64,000 bases of DNA, from NCBI GenBank assembly GCA_965223325.1, contig CBDCWI010000001.1, forward strand, positions 1,024,001 through 1,088,000, written 5' to 3'. The stretch is from Candidatus Multivoradales bacterium. Its GTDB lineage: Bacteria; Acidobacteriota; Thermoanaerobaculia; Multivoradales; Multivoraceae. The translations under genes and the position numbers were made by a program. Positions 29,991 to 37,660 of this stretch are shown piece after piece; position 1 is the first letter of the stretch; every line of letters begins with the position of its first letter. Below the pieces are notes generated by a model that was not told where the DNA came from, did no database searches, and saw nothing but the letters and a program-made list of their open reading frames with translations.

Positions 29991-30271
29991 CGAGGCAGAA
30001 ACGGCAGGAGGGGACGAAACAGGGGAAAGGTGGTGTCGACCCAAGGCTCGGGTCGAGCAAGGACCCTAAATTTTAGCGAAAAACTAGTTTTAAAACAATA
30101 CGAATCATGACAAAGCGGCCGAAAAAGCGGCTGAAGGCCTTCTCGGCGCTCTCCGGACCAGGAAGCGATTCCTGGGGAGGGATGACTCACCATTTACATG
30201 GATGCATGAAGGTCTCTAGACTGGGGCGTTCTCTTTTGATGACTTTCCCCGCGATCCCAGGAGGTCCCCCT

Positions 30272-30724
30272 ATGTTCCGCCGCGACACTTCCGAGCCCGA
30301 TACCGAGCCCACACCGCCCCCGACCACCAACAAGGCTCAGGCAACCTCCACCCCTGCTACGCCCACCACCCCAGCGGTCCGCACCACGGCATCACCGACA
30401 GCGACCGCCCGCCTCGGGCCATCGCTGCGCTTCAAGGGCGAAGTCCACGGAGATGAAGACCTCCTGATCGAAGGCAAGCTGGAAGGCGAGGTCCGGCTGA
30501 GCGGGCAGCGAGTCACCATAGCGCCGCAAGCCCGCATCGAAGGCGACGTTCACGCCGAAACCATCGACGTTCGCGGCGAGGTGAAAGGCAACCTGTTCGG
30601 CAAGAGCGAAGTGATCGTCGAACCCGAGGCGAAGGTCGACGGCAACCTCACCAGCCCGCGCGTCAACCTGCAGGAGGGTTGCCGGTTCCAGGGTTCGATC
30701 GACATGAGCGGCACAAAACCCTGA
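30272..30724 (+). CDS. Bactofilin (polymer-forming cytoskeletal protein)
   Basis: GGAGG RBS; Pro/Thr-rich N-tail; LGPSLRFKGEVHGDEDLLIEGKLEGEV...GCRFQGSIDM. Confidence 0.93.
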   Translation: MFRRDTSEPDTEPTPPPTTNKAQATSTPATPTTPAVRTTASPTATARLGPSLRFKGEVHGDEDLLIEGKLEGEVRLSGQRVTIAPQARIEGDVHAETIDVRGEVKGNLFGKSEVIVEPEAKVDGNLTSPRVNLQEGCRFQGSIDMSGTKP

Positions 30725-30761
30725 CGCAACCCGAGGAATCCCAGAACCACCCCAGTCGATT

Positions 30762-30811
30762 GCCCGGGAAACGCCCGGGAACTGCCCGGGAAACGCCCGG
30801 GGATTGCCGGG
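30762..30811. repeat. Five GCCCGGG units with 11-bp period
   Basis: Units start at 30762, 30773, 30784, 30795 and 30806 (last GCCGGG); intergenic. Confidence 0.85.
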
Positions 30812-31018
30812 CGTGTTTCTACGAAAACTCGTGGACTTGACTGTTTTCAGCGAGCTGAACCATCTGACAACTGCTGATTTGTGGCAAACTGGCTTTATCT
30901 GCACTCCCTGATATCCAGAGGACCACTCGATCTACGAGTGGCCCCGACCCGCTTCCGGCCCTCCTGCAGGGGTACTCGAAGCATCGATCGCGCCGGCAGA
31001 TCGGCGCCTGGTTCTTCT

Positions 31019-33916
31019 ATGACGCCTTCCTTGTCGCATCTCGAGGATAAGTACGAGATTCTCGGCCGCATTTCACAACGCGGCATGGGGGCTGTCTATC
31101 GCGTGCGCCACCGGCTGCTCGACGAGGTGCGTGCGGTCAAGATCCTGCGCCCCGACCTGGTGACGACCGGCGCACTGCGCGACCGCTTCCTCTACGAGGC
31201 GCGCACCGCGACCCGTCTACGCCATCCGAACGTCGTTCAGGTCCATGACTTCAGTATCGACGAAGAGGGAGCCGGGCTGATCATCATGGAGTACATCTCC
31301 GGCTGTACCCTCGAAGACCTGGGCCGGCGCTTCGGCACACCGCCGATTCCTCTCGCCGTCGAGGTCGCACGCCAGAGCCTGCGTGCACTCGGGTACCTGC
31401 ACCGTCGCGGCACCGTGCACCGTGACGTCTCCCCCGACAATTTGATGTTGACCCGCGACGTCGACGGTGAGCCGCTGATCAAGCTCATCGATCTCGGCAT
31501 CGCGCGCAACTCACGAGACGACGCAGTAGAAACCGACGGGCTGTTCATCGGCAAGGTGCGTTTCGCCTCACCGGAACATTTCTCCGACGGGGAACGTGGC
31601 GGAAACCCGATTGATGAGCGCAGCGATCTCTACTCACTCGGCGTGGTGCTCTTCCAATGGCTGACCGGTGTCTGCCCGATCGAAGGCAGCTCCCTGGAAG
31701 ACCTCGCCAACGGCCACCTTTACTACCCGCACCGTGCGTTCGACTCGGTCGACCCCGCCGGCAACGTCCCGGCAGAGCTTCGCCAGCTGATCGAGCAACT
31801 CCTGATCAAGAACCCCGATCGCCGGCTACAAACCGCCGAAGAAGCCCAGGCGCTGCTCGACGAGTTGACGGGACGCTTCACGCACATTCCGCTGGTTCCG
31901 CTGACCGAGGAGCTCCTCGGCCCGAACCCTCGCGACGAACCGGCCGTCGAACTGACCGAAGTGTTCGACCGCGACGACAGTCTCAACGGAGCCCGCCAAC
32001 GCGAAGACACCCTCCCCGACCCGCTCTGGCCGTCGCAGATCGGGGGCTGCTTTCCCGAGACCGAAGTCACCGCACATCAGCCACGCACACGAGCCCCGCT
32101 CGAGGGAAATGCTCACGAGTACCTGGCCGAAGCCCACGAGGCTCTCGAGAGCGACGAGCTCGAGCAAGCCGAAACCAGCATTGCCGCCGCCCTCGACCGA
32201 GCTCCCTTCGACGAAGAAGCCGTCCGCCTCATGCAGGAGGTCGCCGTCTGTCTCCATCAAGCCGAGCTTCAATCCGCTGTCGAGCGCAGCTTGACCGCCA
32301 TCGAAGGGAGCATCATGTCGGGCGAACTAGGCAGGGCGCACTTCCAGATCGCCGCTGCGAACCTGCGCTATCCCGACGACGATCGCTTCGCCTTTCTGGC
32401 CAGCTACCTCGAACACGTCGCCGCCGAGCGCGCACGCCAACTAGAGAGTCGCCCCTTTGAGCTGCCGCCATCGGAGGAGCCTGATCCAGCAAGCGAGCGG
32501 GCTCGGGAACTCACAACCACAAGCGACTCTGCCAAGCCCCAATCCAAGCAGTGGGCAATCGTCGGCCAACCAGTCGATCACCAGGCCACATCAGGCGTCC
32601 TGGGAGAAGCGCCGCTTGAAGCCAGCGCCGCCCGCGCGACGCCCCCTGTCGTCAGCGAGCGTGCCCACCCGAACGAGCCAACCGAGATCTCGGCCCGCGA
32701 CCCCAATGGCGGCCTCGACGACGGCCCCATCGACCTCGAAGAGGTCGAGCTCAGACCGCTTCACACCACCGGCGAGCGGTTGATCAGCGGCTTCGAACCA
32801 GCCGACGCTCCCGCGACCTGCAGCCTGCCGGTTACCCTGCGCGATGCTCTCGAAGAGATGCAGCGCGCAACGCGTCCCCCCGACCCTCAGGCAATTCGTG
32901 CGCGCCGCATCAGCACCCTCCTCGTCGATAGCGAAAAGGCGCTCGAAGCCGGTGACCTCGAACGCGCACGCGGCCTTGGTCACATCGCTCTGTCGATGGA
33001 CGAAACCAATCCGGCCGCGACGAACCTCGCGCAACGCGTCGAAAGAGCGCTACTCGCCGCCGAGGAGGAGCGACAAGAGGCACTCGAGTGCACCATTCAA
33101 TCCGTCGCACTCCCGCAGGCCACCGAGCGCGGAGCCCCCGAAGCCACTGGAGCCGCTGGATCTCCGGGTGAGCTCCTCACCACCGAGGAAAAGCCACCCC
33201 CAGTCCAACAGATCACTGTTTCCGAGCTCGCCGCCCCACCGCAACCCAAACAAGAAGCGAGCAGCGAACCAGCCCCCGAGCTGCAACCAACGGCCAAGCA
33301 TCGACTCGAGGACGTGCCCACCGCCGAGGTCCCGCAGGCGCGCGCCGAAGAAAACGCCAACCTCGACCAACGTCGACACGCCATCAAACGAGCTCTGGCC
33401 GTCGGCGACCTCTTGACCGCTCGCGCCGCCATCGACAGCGCCAGAAGAGAGCACGGTCCAAACGCCTTCGAGGCTCTCGAACAGGAGCTAGAAAAGCAAA
33501 CCCACCTGGAAAGAACCCAGGCCGCCAACGAGTGCATCGAGCTCGGCCGCACCGCAATGATGCAGGCACGCCATGAACGCGCCGTCGACGCCTTCGAACG
33601 CGCAGCCCGTCTGGCGCCAGGAAACCGTCAGGCCCTGGAGCTCCTTTCCAGGTCCCGCCAGCTCCTTCTCATGGACTACGTAGAGTCCCGCGGGCAGAGC
33701 TTCCTGCGCACGATCCGCAAGATAGAAAAGCTCGCCGATCGCGGCCGCCTGGACCGCGCCCTCGACCTACTCCGAACCGTAGAGGAACAAGACCCCGAGT
33801 CCAACCGCTTACGCCCCCTACGCACCCGCCTCGAGCACCAGATGCGCGTCGAACGCGGCGCCCAACAGAGGCCGAGCGGCGCCGCCTCACGCCTGGCAGC
33901 CTGGTTCCGCCGCTAG
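31019..33916 (+). CDS. Hanks-type Ser/Thr protein kinase with TPR-like repeats
   Basis: RGMGAVY, AVK, HPNVV, HRDVSPDN, IDLGIA, ASPE, SDLYSLG; C-terminal TPR-like helices and Pro-rich linkers; no TM evident. Confidence 0.92.
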   Translation: MTPSLSHLEDKYEILGRISQRGMGAVYRVRHRLLDEVRAVKILRPDLVTTGALRDRFLYEARTATRLRHPNVVQVHDFSIDEEGAGLIIMEYISGCTLEDLGRRFGTPPIPLAVEVARQSLRALGYLHRRGTVHRDVSPDNLMLTRDVDGEPLIKLIDLGIARNSRDDAVETDGLFIGKVRFASPEHFSDGERGGNPIDERSDLYSLGVVLFQWLTGVCPIEGSSLEDLANGHLYYPHRAFDSVDPAGNVPAELRQLIEQLLIKNPDRRLQTAEEAQALLDELTGRFTHIPLVPLTEELLGPNPRDEPAVELTEVFDRDDSLNGARQREDTLPDPLWPSQIGGCFPETEVTAHQPRTRAPLEGNAHEYLAEAHEALESDELEQAETSIAAALDRAPFDEEAVRLMQEVAVCLHQAELQSAVERSLTAIEGSIMSGELGRAHFQIAAANLRYPDDDRFAFLASYLEHVAAERARQLESRPFELPPSEEPDPASERARELTTTSDSAKPQSKQWAIVGQPVDHQATSGVLGEAPLEASAARATPPVVSERAHPNEPTEISARDPNGGLDDGPIDLEEVELRPLHTTGERLISGFEPADAPATCSLPVTLRDALEEMQRATRPPDPQAIRARRISTLLVDSEKALEAGDLERARGLGHIALSMDETNPAATNLAQRVERALLAAEEERQEALECTIQSVALPQATERGAPEATGAAGSPGELLTTEEKPPPVQQITVSELAAPPQPKQEASSEPAPELQPTAKHRLEDVPTAEVPQARAEENANLDQRRHAIKRALAVGDLLTARAAIDSARREHGPNAFEALEQELEKQTHLERTQAANECIELGRTAMMQARHERAVDAFERAARLAPGNRQALELLSRSRQLLLMDYVESRGQSFLRTIRKIEKLADRGRLDRALDLLRTVEEQDPESNRLRPLRTRLEHQMRVERGAQQRPSGAASRLAAWFRR

Positions 33917-33932
33917 CGCACAGCCCCTTCAT

Positions 33933-34474
33933 CAAGAGTAGCGTCGGTTGAACCCCGATAGAGCGAAGAGGTGGAGCGCGCTCGGCGCGCCCAGAGCAGT
34001 CAGCCTCCGGAGCAACCTCTCCGACGCAAGCGCGAACGCGCGAGCATCAATGCGCGATGTGCGAAGCACGAGCGCACAACCCCTCTCACCAAGAGTAGCG
34101 TCGGTTGAACCCCGGCAGGGGCGAGGCGGTGGAGCGCGCTCGGCGCGCCCGGAGCAGTCAGCCTCCGGAGCAACTTCTCCGACGCAAGCGCGAACGCGCG
34201 AGCATGAATGCGCGATGTGCGAAGCACGAGCGCACAACCCCTCTCACCAAGAGTAGCGTCGGTTGAACCCCGATAGAGCGAGGAGGTGGAGCGCGCTCGG
34301 CGCGCCCGGAGCAGTCAGCCTCCGGAGCAACTTCTCCGACGCAAGCGCGAACGCGCGGGCATCAATGCGCGATGTGCGAAGCACGAGCGCACAACCCCTC
34401 TCACCAAGAGTAGCGTCGGTTGCACCCCGATAGGGCGAGGAGGTGGAGCGCGCTCGGCGCGCCCGGAGCAGTCA
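33933..34474. repeat. Intergenic tandem array of ~3.5 structured 157/158-bp units
   Basis: CAAGAGTAGCGTCGGTTG starts at 33933, 34090, 34248 and 34405; copies near-identical, with multiple internal palindromes. Confidence 0.95.
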
Positions 34475-34722
34475 GGCGGGAAAGGCGCAGGATCCAGCTT
34501 GGCGCGCTGGACGGCCCGGGGCGGATCAGGACGCGCAAGTGTCTGAGCGAAGCCACCCTCTAGCATCCAAGTCCATCCAAACGTCAACGGCCCCCCAGCC
34601 GGCACTCCACCCTCAAAAAGGCGCAGCGAGTTTTGCGCGGCCCCGCCCCGGGCCGTCCAGCGCGCCTAGCTGGATGCGCCGGCCGCCGCTCCGGGGAGCC
34701 GAGCGCGCTCCGCCTCCTGCCC
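34433..34722. repeat. Long imperfect inverted repeat (REP/MITE-like)
   Basis: 34484-34524 pairs with 34643-34680; 34433-34458 pairs with 34698-34722. Confidence 0.85.
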
Positions 34723-34789
34723 GGCGCAGTCCACCACCATCACAATCCCGCCCGCCTCGCTTCTCGACACCGTCACCACCCTCATCCAA

Positions 34790-34884
34790 ACCCAGGACCC
34801 AGAACCCAAGACCCAGAACCCAAAACCAAGACCAAAACCAAAACCAAGACCAAAACCAAAACCAAAACCAAAACCAAAACCAAA
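34790..34884. repeat. Simple sequence repeat: (ACCCARR)5 then (ACCAAR)10
   Basis: Read directly; immediately downstream of the stop of the cNMP-FHA gene. Confidence 0.95.
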
Positions 34885-34901
34885 AAAAATCAACCAAAAA
34901 A

Positions 34902-35675
34902 TCAACCAGAACGATTCCTGAAAACAAACCGCACGCTACCGAACGCCACCTCGCAGCCATCGACCAGAGGCGTCGGCGTCTCCGCCGCGATCCGTGTCCC
35001 AGCAACCAACGAGCCGTTAGACGCCCCCTCCTCTTCAATCAACCACCAGATGTTCTGGCGATGCTCCAGCCGCGCATGCCGCCGCGACACCGTCCGCTCC
35101 CCCTGAAGCCCCGTCAGATCGATGTCCGGCAGGATTCCGCGGTGTGCGCTGGCCCGTCCAATGGTCAGTTGGTCACGGTCGCCGAGCTCGTAGACCTCGC
35201 CAGTCATCGCCACCAACGCAGCCTGCAAAGGAGCAGGAGCCGGCGGCACCGCCGACACACTCTCGGAAGTCTCGACCGACTTGCCACGCGTCGTCCCACC
35301 GACCTCACGTGACCAGGCCCGCAGATTGCGAGCGCGGACTGCCAACGTATGGAGCATCTTGAAGGGCAGATCAGCATCCTGTTGCGCCAGAGAACGTAGC
35401 GTTTCGCGAGAGATCGGCAACGCGCGCACCGGTTCGAGCGCCCGCGCCGAGAAGACGTAGGCGTCTTCACACAAAACTCCCACCTCGCCAACGAAGTCGC
35501 CGCGCGCCGCGATTCCGAGGGCGAGAGGCGTGCCGTGTTCGCGCTCGATCAGGATCTCGAGCGAGCCTGACTCGACAACGTAGAGCCCCCGACAAGGATC
35601 ACCCTCGCGCACCAGCCACTCGCCTTCGGCGCATTCGACCGGCTCGCCACCGAGAGGGCCTCGCTCCTCCGTCAT
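34902..35675 (-). CDS. Cyclic-nucleotide-binding domain + FHA domain protein
   Basis: LVREGD...LYVVESGSLEI...GDFVGEV...SARA; FHA motifs IGR, TVSRRHA, ASNGS. Confidence 0.88.
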   Translation of the reverse strand: MTEERGPLGGEPVECAEGEWLVREGDPCRGLYVVESGSLEILIEREHGTPLALGIAARGDFVGEVGVLCEDAYVFSARALEPVRALPISRETLRSLAQQDADLPFKMLHTLAVRARNLRAWSREVGGTTRGKSVETSESVSAVPPAPAPLQAALVAMTGEVYELGDRDQLTIGRASAHRGILPDIDLTGLQGERTVSRRHARLEHRQNIWWLIEEEGASNGSLVAGTRIAAETPTPLVDGCEVAFGSVRFVFRNRSG

Positions 35676-36916
35676 ACGCCGTGATCGGCAGAACGGTACT
35701 CGAACAACCAGGACCCGATCAGAATCTGATCCCCGGGCTCGAGGTTGGCACGGACCCGCGGCTCACCGTTGATCAGCACACCGGCCGAGGATGAGACGTT
35801 CTCGATCTGGTGACCTTCCCCATAGGGTCGAATGATCGCGTGCTCGCGAGAAACCGTTTGCCCCGGTATGACGACGTCATTGCGACGACTTCGGCCGAGC
35901 CGGACGGCTCCACCTTCGAGCGTCCAGCTCTCGCCGTCTGGGCGGGTGCGAACGAGGCGCGCGAACTTCGCGCTCGTGACCGGGGCCAGCGCCGGACCGT
36001 CTGGCTTGGCGATCGCGGCGTTACCCCGTGCGCCCGCCTTGTCGATCGGTTCAGGGAGCACCACACCGGGCAACTCCTCCTCCATCGCCGCGGTCGTATC
36101 CGAGGCGGAATCCACCCCGAGGTCAAGACTCTCCGGTTCGTCGCCGAGCTGCGTAATCGCAGTTGCATCATCGTCCCACGTAGCCCCCGTACTCTCGGAT
36201 CCAGGGTCGGCGTCCGCGGTAAAGGAGGCGGGCCGGGAGGTCTCGCTGGTGCCATCTGGCACCTCGCCCCGCCCGTCGAGCAGAGACTCTGGATCGACGA
36301 GCAGAACTCTACGCGCATCTTCGAAGGCACTGTCACACAACTCGACCTTGAGCATGATCTCACGGCGATCGACGTCGAGAGCCTCCACGCGCTCGGCCAG
36401 CTCGGCGTCGGAGAACTCACCGACTTCGTGACGGAACCGGATCTCTTCCGCCTGATCGCCAATCACAGACAAGGCATCGCGTAGACCAATCCCCTCATGG
36501 CGAATCGAACTCAAACGCTCGAGTACCTCCGCCTCGAGGGGGTCGTAGTTCGCCTCCAACTCTTCGAGCCGGGCGCGATAGTCGCTCGTGACGCGCTGAT
36601 GAATCTCGGGCTTGATCTGGTCGGCCCGTTCGATGGCGCGCTCGAGCAACTCTCGTGTTTCACGCACGCGGGCACTGGCTTCTTCGACCTTCTCGAGCAG
36701 TTCCACAGGCAGCACCAGGCCATCGATCGCTGCGGCCTCGTCGGCACCGATCTCGAGGGTGGCTAGAGGTGAGTCGGCCAGTTTCCCTAGCGACCGCAGA
36801 TCGGTCTGGTCGCGCCCACGGGCTTCACTGCTTCGCCTTCTGGGCTGGCGCGAACGCAGCTTACGACGAGGTCGATCGGACTCGGGGGTCCGGGAGCCGG
36901 AGGGTTTCTTGGACAT
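35672..36916 (-). CDS. Coiled-coil + acidic linker + C-terminal FHA domain protein
   Basis: Helical N-region (EEIRFRHEVGEF); FHA motifs LGRSRRNDVVI, VSREHA, LEPGDQILIG; ATGA overlap with the downstream gene. Confidence 0.87.
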   Translation of the reverse strand: MSKKPSGSRTPESDRPRRKLRSRQPRRRSSEARGRDQTDLRSLGKLADSPLATLEIGADEAAAIDGLVLPVELLEKVEEASARVRETRELLERAIERADQIKPEIHQRVTSDYRARLEELEANYDPLEAEVLERLSSIRHEGIGLRDALSVIGDQAEEIRFRHEVGEFSDAELAERVEALDVDRREIMLKVELCDSAFEDARRVLLVDPESLLDGRGEVPDGTSETSRPASFTADADPGSESTGATWDDDATAITQLGDEPESLDLGVDSASDTTAAMEEELPGVVLPEPIDKAGARGNAAIAKPDGPALAPVTSAKFARLVRTRPDGESWTLEGGAVRLGRSRRNDVVIPGQTVSREHAIIRPYGEGHQIENVSSSAGVLINGEPRVRANLEPGDQILIGSWLFEYRSADHGV

Positions 36917-37094
36917 GGGAATCCCAGATTGCTGGTTCCCGAGCGCAGCTCGGGGAGAACCCGGCGTCAACCCGCCGGGCAAGAATCTTGGAATTCTATC
37001 CTCTGAATCCCTCTTTTGGTAGGTCTGCGCTGCCACGAGTCTCCTCGACCAGGGCGGACCGCCTGGCGGTTGCTCGCCTGACTCAGGCGGCCAG

Positions 37095-37547
37095 TCAGCC
37101 AGCCAGGTGGTCGAGGCGCACGATCTCCACCGGCGGCCGGAAGAGACCGGTCTGGAAGGCCTCGCGCAGCTTGGCCAGATGCGGTTGCTGCCCGTGTGCC
37201 TCGAGCGCAGCGGCGTTTTCGTAGACCTCGAAAAAGAACAGCTTCGACGGTTCCTCGGCGACTCGGTAGATCGCATAGGTCAAAACGCCCGGCTCATGCT
37301 CCTCGACGGCGCCAGCCAAGGCCTCGAGCGCCGCAAGGGCTTCGTCTTGGCGCTCTGGGTCGAGAGCGAAGGAGGCGGTCTGGGTGATCGCATCGGCACC
37401 CGCCCGGGCCGCCGCCGGGCGAACGAAGCCGAGCGTCGCCGCTCCCAGGCCGGCAGTGCCGATCCCGGCGATACGAAGCGCCACACGCCTCGAAAGCACG
37501 GAGCCCGATGAGTTGGAAGGTCCGGGGGACAGAGGAGGGTTGGACAT
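37095..37547 (-). CDS. Antibiotic-biosynthesis-monooxygenase (putative quinol monooxygenase) family protein with Tat-like signal
   Basis: LSRRVALR + hydrophobic stretch + ARA; EPGVLTY, FFEVYENAAALEAH..QPH; GGAGG RBS. Confidence 0.85.
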   Translation of the reverse strand: MSNPPLSPGPSNSSGSVLSRRVALRIAGIGTAGLGAATLGFVRPAAARAGADAITQTASFALDPERQDEALAALEALAGAVEEHEPGVLTYAIYRVAEEPSKLFFFEVYENAAALEAHGQQPHLAKLREAFQTGLFRPPVEIVRLDHLAG

Positions 37548-37660
37548 GGTGGTTCCTCCGCTGCATCGCCAGGTGGGCCGACGCAGACGCTCAGTGGACG
37601 TGTGTTCTGATAGGGCCGTTGCCGCCGCAAGCGTACAGGAAGCGCTCTTTAGTGCGCGGC

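Noticed and set aside
33933-34474. Possible CRISPR array
   Set aside because: Units are 157 bp and nearly identical throughout, with no unique spacers and no cas genes
33932-35312. Small ORFs over the repeats, including poly-QN, poly-KT, poly-WF and poly-GF frames
   Set aside because: Translations of the tandem repeat and microsatellite, lacking RBS or coding-like bias
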